DNA of 64,000 bases. Origin: Pelomyxa schiedti (Eukaryota; Protista; Evosea). The notes beneath the pieces are model-generated. The model was not told the DNA's origin. It ran no database searches and saw only the letters and a program-made list of their open reading frames with translations. Position 1 is the stretch's first letter; the number at the start of each line of letters is the position of its first letter. Location of the stretch: the NCBI GenBank assembly GCA_020536535.1, contig JAHLWZ010000448.1:87132-151131 (forward strand). Direction: 5' to 3'. The translations under genes and the position numbers were made by a program. Positions 1 through 14,920 of this stretch are shown in pieces.

Positions 1-119
1 AGCAGGGCGTAGGGGGCCACGTTGGGAAGAAAGCACATGCAACAGCCACCCCCGGCAGCTTTCGTGCCGCCTCCTTGATCGAGCGCGGCGGCCTGTTGCG
101 TCGAAGCGTCGTTGCCCAT
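1..119 (-). CDS. 5' end of an unknown protein with an N-myristoylation-like start; runs off the window
   Basis: ATG at 119 opens MGNDASTQQAAALDQGGGTKAAGGGCCMCFLPNVAPYALL (MGxxxS motif), GC-rich and open to base 1. Confidence 0.5.
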   Translation of the reverse strand, partial: MGNDASTQQAAALDQGGGTKAAGGGCCMCFLPNVAPYAL

Positions 120-241
120 TGTCGCTGGAAAAAACACACAGAGAACAGGGTCTTAAAAAAGTGCCAACGATTTTGTCCACGAGGCGAATTATTTCTGATG
201 TTGCGTTTGGGTACTCGAGGGATGGGATGTTCCTTTAGGGG

Positions 242-2613
242 TTAGTCCCAGTAGTTTATCTTGCCATCCCAGCCACATGTGACAACTCTGGAGGCTTCAA
301 TTGGGTGCCACTCACAGCCAATGCATACCCCGTGATGTGCGTATATCACCCTATTTGCTTGGTTGGTTGTTTGTGGTGTTTGTTGTGTTCTTCATACTTC
401 AAGGGCTGACATGTTTTCCAGTCCCAGAACCATATCTTTCCTTCACCGTCACCGCTTATAAGGAAGTGGGCATCGGCGGAAAATCCAAGCTTTGGAGTTT
501 TAGTGAAAATCTAACTCAGAAAGAAGGGTGGTACTTGACACGCGAAGCCAGCTGCAATATGCCCAGTGAACCGCTTTTTCCTGTTGAGTTTGAATCTATC
601 TGTGGCACTGTACACAAATATTTGGTTGTCCAGAGACTGACAGACGAACCACTTCCCATTGGGGTGTGTGGCAACAGCAGGCATACTACGGAGGTTTTAG
701 AGTTCACAAAAAAAGAGATAACATAAAATTACCTGTGCATATGTGGTTCACTGTACCAAACAAGGAGTTGTTGTTAATAGTTTTCTAATAAAAAAAATCA
801 AACCTGATGTATTTGATGGGTACAGGTATTCCCCATTCCCATATTCTGAGGGACTTGTCATCTGAACTGCTAACAAATCTCCTGTTCTGATCAATGAAAG
901 TAACTGTGTTCACAGCACCCAAATGTTGATCATACTCCAAAACAGTTGCTTTGGTGCGAATATCCCACTGGAGAATCTGTTATCAAGCTAAGTACTAATT
1001 CTGCTCCCAGAAAGGAAATTTACTTTTTTATCAGCACATCCAGCCAGAAACTCATTTTGTCCTCCCTCTGGATAAAGCTTCACACAATAGGGTATCTTGC
1101 TATGCATAAAAGTGGCTATAACATCGCCAGTTTCTGTATCCCAGTATTTGACCATCCTATCATAACTGCAGCTCAGGAAGCGAGTACCATCTGCGTTGAA
1201 TGCAAGGTCCCGCACTCCTTTCTGGTGACCAATATAGGTTCGGACACAACCCATTGTATTGTAAACATCCCATATCTTGCGGAGTAAGGGAAAACGTTTC
1301 TAACTAAAAGGAGAACAGGGTGTACCTTCACGTCATTATCCAAGCCTCCAGAGAGAACAAGATGCCCATAGCGAGGGAAAAGACGAACGCAAGCAACACC
1401 CTTGGTGTGGCCGGTCCTAAGGGACATGAGTTTTTCTCTTTTTGTTGTGCTGTGCCATACCATGTGTGTATCCACTTCTTTGGAAGAAAACACTTGTGAG
1501 GATAGGGTTTGAGATCAGTCGGTGGCATCATGAATGTTCGACCCTGATAGTCATACAACTCCGGAAGATGGAAAATGGAGGTGATTTCCTTCTTTTCTCC
1601 TTGGGGTTGAGGAGGCGGTGTATTGGCAGGGTCGGCAGTGGGAGGTTTTGAACTCGTTTCAGTACTTTTTGCTGGAGTTGTGGCAGTTGTAGTTTGTGCA
1701 GAATCCTGTGTTACGGCCGTTTCTTCAGTGCCCTGTGAAGAGGTCAGGATACCCCTCAAGAGGGGACTTTTACCAGGGTTACTTCCTCTTCGTCATCAAC
1801 ATCACAATCAGGTCGGGCCCACGGGCCAAGAAACTGACCACCCCCTGCACGGCCACCCCGATTTTTGGAGACCTCGGTATTTTTTGGAATAATGGGCTTA
1901 CCTGCAACGATTACAGTGAGTACACAGACTGAAAGGGTGATTGGAAGTACTTTGTGAGGTTTCTGAGGCTACAGCAGCCAAAGCAGAGTGGTGGATCAAA
2001 TATTCCGAGTCGAAGGCATGTTGGTCAATGTAAACATCCTCAACAAATCCAGTCACCATGTTCTTTTCGAAGCCAAGTGCCTTTTTGTGTGGCTGCACAG
2101 GTCCCTTTGGAATAGTGACAATGTCCTCGTATGCTTAACAAGTCCAAGGCATCCACAAAAGAAAAAAAGGAAAAAAAAAGTTCACGAGATGGGGGACCTA
2201 TCATTAAGCTGTGAAATTACGAAACCGTAAGCAACAAGGACATGCTTGGATTATGGAACAGTTCTCTATGAAGCGAATCAGTAGTAAAAGCCTCTTTTCT
2301 CTGCACGAAGAGGGAAAAACCAAAACTTAGCATCGTTTCATCGTAAAATTACACAAAACATATATATATATATATATATATAAAAGGGAAATAAAACCAC
2401 CCAACAACGATCCCATAACCACAATAAACGTACCAATACGTCTTTGACCGCCGGGGTGATTTCAGCCAACGCCATGCTCTTCGCCACATCTCGCAACGAC
2501 GTGGCCCCCATCGCTGCGCTCCCCGTCGCGTCGCTGTTCGTCGACGACCCCTCGGCCGAAGATGTCTCGCTGCCTGCGTCGCCCTCGCCGTACGCGCTAA
2601 GCAACTTGTCCAT
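242..2613 (-). CDS. CDC40: Pre-mRNA splicing factor Prp17/CDC40 (WD40), multi-exon
   Basis: Exons encode [69 protein letters not shown] and the C-terminus [21 protein letters not shown] (TAA 242-244). Confidence 0.93.
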
Positions 2614-2729
2614 GTGTCCTTATTGTCTTAAATCTGGGCAACTGAATTTTCCCTTGAGAGATTGGACGGTCAGGACTCTGGCAAAATGTTTTGGTGGATA
2701 TTCGAAGAAACAAGAACGCGTCTGAGACG

Positions 2730-5593
2730 ATGGGTCAAGACCAGGGTACGTTGAAGAACGCGAAGGGCGAGGCAGAGGCGATGATAGATAATGCCGACCA
2801 CTTATTCTCGAGCCCAGAATGTCGTCGCGAAGCCGTTCTGCGCTGGGTGGCCGCGGCGAACCTGGGCCATCCGACGGCGGCCGTGAACGCGGGCTGGTGC
2901 CACCTCCGAGGCCTCGGGATAGAGCGGGACCCCGCCGCCGCCCTCGGTTTCTTCCGCCGCGCGGCCGACGCCGGCTACGCCGACGGCGCCGCCTCGGCCG
3001 CTTTCTGCCAGCAGTGGGGCATCGGGTGCTCCCCGGACCCCTCCAAAGCCGTCGCGCTCTATCGCGCCGCCTGCGAGGCCGCCCCCGCGTCCCCCATCGC
3101 CCTCGTGAACCTGGGCTGGTGCCTGCTGCGCGGCGTCGGCGTCGAGCCCGACCCCGCGGCGGCCGCCGAGCTTCTCCGCCGCGCGGCCGAGATGGACGAC
3201 CCCGCGGCCCACACGGCGCTGGGCTGGCGCCACGTCCACGGCGGCGACTCGGCCCTCGCCCTGGACATGTTCCGCCGGGCCGCGGAGGGGGGCGACGAGT
3301 GCGGCCTGGGGTGGTGCCACCAAGTGGGCTGCGGCCTCGAGCGGGACCCCGCCGCGGCCGCCGCGATCTACCGGCGGGGAGCCGAGGAGATGCTCCCGGC
3401 GGCCATGATTTGCCTGGGGCTGTGCTACGAGAGCGGGCAGGGGGTGCCTTGCAGCGCAGGGGAGGCCGCGTCGCTGTACAGCCGGGCTGCTGCAATTGGG
3501 GGGCCGTCTGCGTTTACTACGCTGGGGGTGTGCTTTGAACAGGGCAACTTTGTGGAGCGGAGCGTGGAGAGGGCTATTGACCTGTACAGGAGGGGTGCTT
3601 GTTGTGGCGACCCGGATGCGATTTTCCGCCTGGCCAGGTGCCTGAAAAACACCTGTGAAGGCTCAAGTGAAGCGTTGTTTCTATTTTCCCAGGCTGCCGC
3701 ATTCGGCCACAAAGAAGCTGAAAAGGCTCTTAAATCCTATGAAGGTGGTGTCTCTTCTGTCCCGTCAAACGGTTATTTTCACGAATTGCTTTCGTTTACA
3801 GCTTAAATCAACTTTCAGGTTTTCCCACATCGTTGCATGAGCCAGAAAACTCTCCTGTACTTCCATTCCCAGGCTCCTCACACAAAGCGCAGAAACAGAG
3901 TCTCATGATTAACAAAGAAAATGAGGCATTACAAAGAATGAGGGAAGAAAACGAGACATTAAAAGCAAAATTAAAGGATGAAAAGGCAGTTCAAGAAACA
4001 CTGAAGGAAGAAAATGAGACATTAAAAGAAAAAGTGAAGGAAGAAAGTACATTAAAAGAAAAGATGGCTGAGGCATTACAAAAAATGAGAGAAGAAAATG
4101 AGACACTAAAAGCAATAGTGCAAGAAGAAGCTGCAATAAACAAAAAAGTGAAGGAAGAAAATGAGGTATTAACAACAACAATGAAGGAGATAAAGGAAAA
4201 GGCAGATAACTCAGAGATACAGCGCATCAGTGTAACAGGAAAGAAATTGCAGCAGGACCACTGCACATTCAACAGAGGCGAACTGGCGCTCTTGGACCTT
4301 GACAGGCTTGATCTGAACACTGCACAACTTCTTGGTGGTGGATGCAATGGCTGTGTAAGCAGCGCTGTTGTCAAGCCACCTGATGATAATATGGCCCATT
4401 CTTCCGGGTCGGAGAGGAGAAAAGTTGCACTCAAAATGATGTTCAACTACAGTGCTGGTGTACAAACACGGCTTCAAAAGGTCTTCTTTGAAAGAGAGGC
4501 TGAGGTTGGTCTCATACACCCACACTGGTGTTGTGCCAACGTCTGCAGTACCTTTAGGGCTAAAACCCAGTGGAACCTCATACCACCCAAGATCAGACCC
4601 AAGTACACAATTGTGAACGACAGCATGATTCGGGTTGGAGGCTATGAGCACGGGGATGGTACACCAGTTTTTGAAAGAACCACTTACATTACGATGGAAC
4701 TTGGGGAATACAACCTGCAGTCTGCCTTAAGTAATGCACTTGGACATTACGGAGCAACACAAGGCCAATTCGAACAACCCAATCTACCACAGCTCACATT
4801 CTGCTTGCTTTGTGCATGTTACAACTTCAATTCAAATGACTGGTTCCACTGTGACATCAAACTTGACAACGTCCTCGCAATGAAACGACCTGGCATTTCC
4901 GGGTTGCTATGGGTTCTCTGCGATTTCGGGACAGCCCAGCACCCTGTGAATGGTGAGTTTATATGCCCACAAGGTGAGACCTTTCCAGGGTGCGAAGCGA
5001 ACCGGTCACCAGAGTGCCGTCACCCACAGAAAATTCCGCCGAGATACCTCAAATACCTTCTGACAAAGAACGATGTCTGGGCAATCGGCTGCGTAATTTA
5101 CGAGTGTGTGTGCGGCAAACACCCATACCACAGCGGAAACGTCACTGACACGCCATTGCTGGAATCCCAGGAACCTTTCAGCATTCCCCCAGACAAGAGA
5201 GTATACAATCCAGAGGCAGCGGCGATGGCCTGCCACTTGCTTGAGCGAGATACCAACAAGAGACCAACAGCTAAACAAGCAATGCTCGTGTGTGGCGCAC
5301 TCATGTTCCTGCCACCACCGCACCCAGCCAACCTCTGCTCCACATCTGCATCACTGTTCGAGGAATCACGCGCGTTCTTCAGCAGCCCTGAAAACACACC
5401 AGCCATCCAGTCCATGATTTGGGAGATACACAAGGACAACGTGACAGCGCTGGAGGCGTTACACTCACCACCGACTGTCGACCAACTGTCATCATTGGTG
5501 TTCACAAACGAGGTTCTGAACAGCCCCTCTCTGTTTGTGTCTTCCTTGTGTGCCTTTTGTGAGTCGAGGAAATCTTCTCTCACCTCTCCCTAA
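2730..5593 (+). CDS. Sel1-like repeats + coiled coil + PINK1-like Ser/Thr kinase, predicted as one gene with a 47-nt intron at 3772-3818
   Basis: Sel1 repeats (NLGWCLLRGVGVEPD, LGLCYESGQGV). Phase-1 GT at 3772 and AG at 3817-3818 join ORF 2691 in frame to ORF 3833, which has no ATG at its start. EENETLK heptads. Kinase motifs GGGCNGCV, VALKMMFNYSAG, HCDIKLDN, DFG, RSPE, DVWAIG. Confidence 0.78.
3910..4200 (+). repeat. Imperfect coding tandem repeat (coiled coil)
   Basis: Recurrent gaagaaaatgagacattaaaag units encoding (E)ENE(T/A/V)L(K/Q/T). Confidence 0.7.
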
Positions 5594-6114
5594 CAACCTA
5601 ATAATTTCTTTTGGTATTTTTTGGTACATATGATAAAGGCCCTCGTAACTGCACCTTGTGCGACACCACTTTTCCCTCCAACTTGGAATGTACAGGCATG
5701 TCAAGGAAGACCGCATTTTTAAAAATTCTTTAATTAAAGTCTTAAAAAGTAATTAAATTTGCCATTTGGAGGGGCTGAACTTTTTTTCTCTCAATCAACA
5801 CCACCTTCGTTGAGAAAAGTCTCCAGTGACAAGGCTTTGAATTGGGACACCAATCTCAATATTCCGGAGACAAAAATAGACCTACTCGGGCTTCTGGAAA
5901 ACAGGGTTCTCAAAGCAGCTGTTGATACTTGATACAACTAGCACAGGGACGGATTAATCAAACCCTGACTTTTTTGATTATGCTCATCAAATACAAGAGG
6001 TGCACTCCATTCCACAGTTGTCGCTACATTCGCCTTTGTGTGAGCGGATTGCAAGTTGTGTGTCACACAACCACATTGAGTAACTTTTTTTTCCCTAGGT
6101 GAAGTTACAGCACC

Positions 6115-7130
6115 ATGGATGCTAGCGATTCTTCTAGTAGTAGTTCCCTTCCGGCTCCACAAACGGGTGTCTGTGCTGCTAATGTTACAGTTACAAAGAG
6201 GTGAGCGAAACGAGTGATTACTATATTTTAAATGCATACATTATTGTCTAACAGCGATCACAGAGAGCGGAAGAGAATATGCATGTCAAAGCAAATGAAG
6301 AGGATTTCATGCAAGTGTTCAAGGAAGATTATATTGGCACAGCCTCCGAGCCCACAAGAAGCTCATCTTGCCGCCGAAAGTGAAGCCTACAGCTCCCACA
6401 ATGAGCACTCGGACACAGCCATTGTAGCCACATATACTCCAACTGAGTACAAAGGAACCTGGAGGCTGCTCAGTCCCGGTCTCATTCTGTGCTGTGTAGC
6501 AGAACCACCGGGGAATGCACAGTCCGGGCTACCACTTAAGAACGGCTACTGGCTAGAAGTGCGTGATGGCGGCGAGATTGGCACAATTGATCCCAGAACA
6601 GTGCTGAGGTTCGCTGACGGCGAGTTGTTCTCGGCCCATAACTTCCTATTTGCAAATGAGACCACAACTGGGAACACAAAGAAGGGATTCGAAGGCATGC
6701 TTACTTTCCGGGTGATTGTATTCTCCTCAGGCAGGTGGATCAAGACACCTCACTGCATAGGTCAAATACTCTCTCCCTCTATTGTTCATTCCCTCTTCTT
6801 TTTTCAACCCTCATCTGACATCAATCCCATGTGCCGCTCAAAACAATCCTACCATTCATCCGGATATGTATATCTGCTGACAATCCAATAGTCACAAGGC
6901 CCACATTGATCGCCAAACGGCAGCGCCAGATTACCACAGCTGCTTCCACAACAACAACCACAACGACAGCCACCGGTTTGTCCACCACGCCAAATTCTTC
7001 ATTCACTCCCACATCTAGCCCTGATTCGCAGTCACAGTCCAGCCCCGATGTGCCGCATTCGGAGTCTTACTTGGGACCGCTCAATGAGGACTATGGGCTC
7101 AACACTCTGTTCCATCCCTTGTTGTTGTAA
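6115..7130 (+). CDS. Hypothetical protein (3 exons) with an S/T-rich tail
   Basis: ATG 6115. Intron gtgagc..ctaacag (6201-6254, phase 2) and intron 6761-6891 (phase 1) join ORFs 6232 and 6831 in frame. No family recognised. Confidence 0.55.
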
Positions 7131-7263
7131 CCAACAACACAGAACCCCTCAGCAGTTTCTTACGAAGCAGTGCACAGCACTTAAAAACCTCGGGATAGAT
7201 GATCAAATGAATAGAATTTTTGGTGGTTTTTTAAAAACAAGAAACAGTTTTCCGTTTATCTCA

Positions 7264-8546
7264 TCAAAGGGAAAACAGCTGCAGGCATTCTTCTTCAATG
7301 GGGTGTGTTGTTCCAGGAATGACAAGGCAATGCAAGGGACTCCCAAAATCATGGTGAAGAAGCTGCTCCATTGTGCCATATACTATGTGTTGTGAGGGTG
7401 TGCCAACTCTGGCCATCCCAACTACTTTGGTCTGTGCATTGTATACTGAAAGGAGGATATGTGAGCATCACAGTAAATATGGGATATTACCACACCATTT
7501 TCTCGAAGAGAGTCCTCCACCTCAAGAAGCTGGGCCAGTGCGGTATTGACTGTCATGAACCGTGGTGGCTCATATATAAGCCTACCTCTGAGCATGTTTT
7601 CTTCTGATTGCTCCTTCACTTTGATATCTGCATGCAAGTGTGGGCTGGAAATTGTCAAAGGGGAGTTATGTTTATAAAGACATACCAAGGAGCACCAATG
7701 TATGGAAGCCCTGTCTTCTGTTGATGGCAATCTTAGGGTAAAAAGAAGTCGGTTTCCATTTCTCTACGTCGACAATCAGCAGACAATTGAAATAACTTAT
7801 GTTTATACCCGTAAAAAAGCATAAGGAGACAGAGGGGCCAAAGTTATACAACTGCAGTCCGCAACATCCAATGGCAGTCATTATAGAAGTATTATGAATC
7901 ACCTTTGAGACTCATCAGGTACCACACTTATAGGAAACCCCGCACCTCTACTGGAATATTTTCGGCTCTGGCTCGTATGAAGAAGTCGGCATGCGTTGTC
8001 GCACTGCAACATGTAAAAAAAAAAAAAAAAAAGTAGACGAGTAATGTTCACAAACCAAAAAGGGTCACCAACAACGAGTAATGCAACTCTCATAGTTTTA
8101 GCAGGGCCAATAATTTCCTCGGGTCTTGATTCTATCATCTCTCGGTCAGCCACAACAATTGCTTTCCCATACAGTGCTTCCTATCCCACCCCAACCACCA
8201 AAACCAAAAACTTAGTGTTTTCTCTTTCTAGTAGCGTTTTGTGAGGGTTTTTGTGCTTGGTGATTGGTGTTTTTCCTTTAAATAAAAAACGTGCGCCCGC
8301 GCAACCAAACAAACAAACAAAAAAAAAAAAACAAACCATGCTTTGTAGATTCGTGTGCGGCAAAATGGAAGTGTACGCCTCGAGGAACACTTTTTGACAG
8401 GACCGCACGGCGTCGAGCCCCCGCAGCGTTATGTCCCTCTCATCCCCCAGCCCCAGTCCAACAACGAACAGTTTCCCTCCCTCTCCCTCCGATCTACTGG
8501 CACTAGTAGGTGCGTCGGTAACTGTCGCTTTTTCGGAAGAAGACAT
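7264..8546 (-). CDS. DPH5: Diphthine methyl ester synthase, multi-exon
   Basis: [102 protein letters not shown]. Confidence 0.95.
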
Positions 8547-10640
8547 TGTTCTCCGCAGCTTAGTGAGATAGACTTTGGATCGCGGGATTAGAATAGCAAG
8601 AGATTCACCAAAGCTAAGCTTGACACCTTTGGAACCATTCCCCTGCGTAGCATTTATAAGATCTCCGTTTCAACGAGATCACAATGGAGTTACCAACTGT
8701 GCCTTGCCACAGACACAGTACGAAGGCTTGTTCTTCCGGATATTGAAAAGGCATCCCACACCAATGGTGACAGAGAACCCCTTACAACCGGTTTTCAGAA
8801 AAAAATTAAAACCAACTCAGTATTGTTGGAGACAGAGAATTTGATCCTTTTGCTGGTTGAGGTGATAGTGAATTTAGTTTGAAAAAACTGTGGCCACGTC
8901 AATCTCATTACACAACTCAGAGAAGAAGGTAGGAAAAGGTGTGTCCCACTCAACCCCTGGTGAAATTATAAACCTCACACACTCAGGAAACACCATGAAG
9001 TGAAGCCCAGCAAGAGAAGTCACCAGCAGTGAAACTCCAACTCTGCCTCCCATGTAAACCCCCTTACATTCTCTTATGCGACACAATGACTTGGTTTCAT
9101 CCAGCTCCTCCACTTATTGATGTAACTAACTCACTTTTGGTGGTGCCTAATTCAACAACCTTTAACATGGTGTCCTCAAAGTGTCGCATGTGTAGTTTTG
9201 CATTGCCTACTCAAATAATTAAGGTGTGAAAGTTTCTGTGGTGAACTCAACAGAAGGCATTGGACACTGGTTCAATGTTCCATACAAGAGGTGTCGGATA
9301 CTTATAAAGTGAGATGTGTGTTTTCTGTGCCTCAGTATTGCCAAATATGATTTGAACATGCCATGGGTTGCAGTTGCACATGGTGGCAATGTAGTTGACA
9401 TTATTTTGACCCAACCTATCTCTGCACTTAGACTTTAGATACTCTTCTTACTGATTGGGATTTTCTGATGGGAATTCCTTTTGAAACTCTAACAGCAAAT
9501 ATCAGAATTTTGGTCTTTTCTCCATTCCAATCATCCTGAAATTTAGTATCTTTAATTCAAACTGAGGATCAGCTTCTCTCTGACAGATCTGTCTACTGCT
9601 CTCCAAAACTCATTGACATGTCCTCTGTGTTTTATTAAAGAGATTAAGAGAGGTGGCTGTGGTGAGGGGAAGAAACCAGAGACTCTAATATTATTCCTTG
9701 ATGATAGCAACTCTTTCAATAGAGGTTAGCCATAAGGAAAAGTACAGTGTTCCGGTCTGTTGATTATTTTATTCAGCCAATTGTTTGTTACATCTTATTT
9801 CCAATCAAAGTTATATCAGCAAAGATAACAGTTAGTTAAATCCTGTGCAACAAGTTGGTGCAGTTCTTCCACAGCTCTACTTCGTAAATCAGTGTTACCC
9901 AAAGATAAGGCCCATGTCACTGAACAAAAAAATGTTAAAAAAAAAAAAATGCAAAATTTTGTGTTTTCCACAAATCCATATCTTAGGAAATCTTTTCTGC
10001 AAGTTTCATATCTCCTCTTGATGAAATGTGGAGTTGTTACCTCTTCTCCCAGTGGTATCCCCTATCACATTTAATTTCATGTCAAGATTAGATCCTATAT
10101 AGGACACCTTTGACCTGCTCTTGTATCATCAGGAATTGGTTATGACATGGTCTGCATCTAAATGGAGTGAAAGGTGGAAAAATGAAAATACTTGGAGACA
10201 GCTGTTTGAGCTGTGATGATGATTTGATTGCATGAATCAAGGGAACTTGGTGGTGGCTCTGAAATTAGTTAAGAGAGATCAGAATAGGAAGAGCTGTGAG
10301 CACTCACTAAGTCAGAGCAATTAAGAAGAAGCATGATAAGAAGTGGCTGGTATGCAACACATTTCCTGGACATATTTCAGTGCCAAGCATATTTCATTTC
10401 CTTCAAACCTCAAGTCCTCAGTTGGGTTTTCAGAAAACTGCAGGTCAAGCACATTTGCGGAAAATCCATTTCCAATCAGAACAGCAGTACACTACACACT
10501 CGTAATAGTGACTTAGCTTTTCTGGCACAAGACCAAATAACTCAAACACAACAATACTTTATTCGACACTCAATCAATTTAACAACCAATTTAACAACCA
10601 TTGTGATCTTGTTGAAACGGAATCTTATAAATGCTGCACA

Positions 10641-11900
10641 CAACGGACCCCCACACTGTTTAAACGGTTTAAACGCTTTCGGAATCACATTCAAAAGCGT
10701 TTCAAAACGGATTCAAACCAGGTTTAAACCCTTTTGGAATCCCCTTTGTTGGATACCAAGGAAACATTTTTTTTTTGCTACGTTCGAGTACTTCAACATC
10801 CATGTGGTGACATCGCGTTCTGTTGCTTCGTTGTGTTACTCTGTTGCTCTTTTCATTCGCATCGTTTTGCATTGCAATGCACCTTCATTATGGTTCATCG
10901 TCGTCATTATCTGCTCTATCTACTGTGGTGTTACTCCAACAAGCTGTTGTTCTCTGTGACACTCTGTTATGCCGATTTTTCCTTCTAAGGCATAATAAAA
11001 CCCCAAACCACATTATTTTATTATGGTGGATATTTCCGACACAGAAGCGGACATTTTCGGCATGGAAGTGGACATTTTCGGCATGGAAGCGGATATTTCC
11101 GGCACTGAAACGATCATTTCCGGCACTACCAGCATGCACTCTGCAATGAGATTAGCGCGGAAATCATGAGGATCATACGTACAACACCCAGCAAGTGTTT
11201 TATTCAACGCGGGAATGCTACAAACCACCAAATCACTGGTCAATTCCAAAGCTAGTGATGGTGTATCCCTGTGATGGACCTCAGCATTGTATATTGCAGT
11301 CCCATCACACCTTCTGGATGTTATTTTGCCTTGCAAGACGTTATTTTGGGAATAAAAGAAGTTGACACACAGTTATCCTTGCGGTAGCTCCCAAGGGCAC
11401 TTGATTGTTATCTACTTTTTTTTGGAGTGGCATGTTAGTCTGGTGGGAAGGTTTGCCAGCTCCTTCCTTCCGCATTACACCACAAAGTAAGTCCCACTCC
11501 ATGCAAAGAACGGTGGGAAAGCCTGGCATTTTGTAAGCATGCTTTCAATACCAAAAAATGAAAGAAAGTGGCAAACCTGATAAGAGCTCCCAATGTTGAC
11601 CACGATTGCCGCGGACCTCACATTGTTGACTGCCGTCATCGTTGGACCTCGGCTGTTGACCACTGCAGAAGGGCTTGGTCATTTATCGTTGCGTTACCAC
11701 TGCCCGCGGAGTTTGCCCCCACTGGTCACAGCACCATCTGTCGACATTGCCTGCAGCTGCACAGAAACAAGTTCTGCCCAAACGAAAGGAAACAAAGTGG
11801 GTAAAGCAAAGCGTTTAAAAGGGATTCAAAAGCGATTCAAAACGGATTCTAAAGCGTTTAAAAGCCTTTAAAAGCTTATCACGGGTGTGTGGGTCCGTTG
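10641..11900. mobile_element. Nested non-autonomous TIR DNA transposon (1260 bp, 2-bp TSD CA), CACTA/CMC-like architecture
   Basis: Ends caacggaccc(c/a)cacac ... gtgtgtgggtccgttg, with CA on both sides (10639-40, 11901-02). Arrays of ~11-bp subterminal repeats (aaacggattca/aaagcgtttaa) at 10658-10745 and 11808-11876. The empty site can be rebuilt from the left outer arm. Confidence 0.85.
11028..11130. repeat. 21-bp tandem repeat x5 inside the inner element
   Basis: ggacattttcggcatggaag(c/t) and variants; the minus strand reads SAGNDRF/SAGNIRF/HAENVHF/HAENVRF. Confidence 0.75.
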
Positions 11901-11982
11901 CAGGGGAATGGTGCCAAAGGTGTCAAGCTTAGCTTTGGTGAATCTCTTGCCATTCTAATCCCGCGATCCAAAGTCTATCTCA

Positions 11983-14646
<2,664 letters not shown>

Positions 14647-14920
14647 TGTTTCTTTTATTTGTTTGGTGTGTAGATAAAATTTCGTGGTTCGCCTAAAAAC
14701 ATGTTTCCTTCGCCGAAAGTGCACTAGCAGATATTGAAGAACTTCCTTGATTCAGCCATATATAGCTTGTGCCTTGATTCAATCGAATTCGAATGTTTAA
14801 TGCGAAACATGAACGGAAAAATGTAACATTACACAATTGGCTGAACTTTGTGCGACTTTTTCTTTTCAGGATCTTCTTTTGTCTTTTCTACGACCACTAA
14901 TTCTCATTTACACAACACAA

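Noticed and set aside
2620-3538. Long Arg/Pro/Gly-rich ORFs on both strands
   Set aside because: Shadow frames of the GC-rich Sel1 exon.
8700-10590. Transposase inside the outer element
   Set aside because: Only short stop-interrupted frames and no DDE motif recognisable by eye.
11028-11876. Short repeat arrays as a CRISPR-like locus
   Set aside because: No unique spacers and no cas genes; eukaryotic context; explained by transposon structure.
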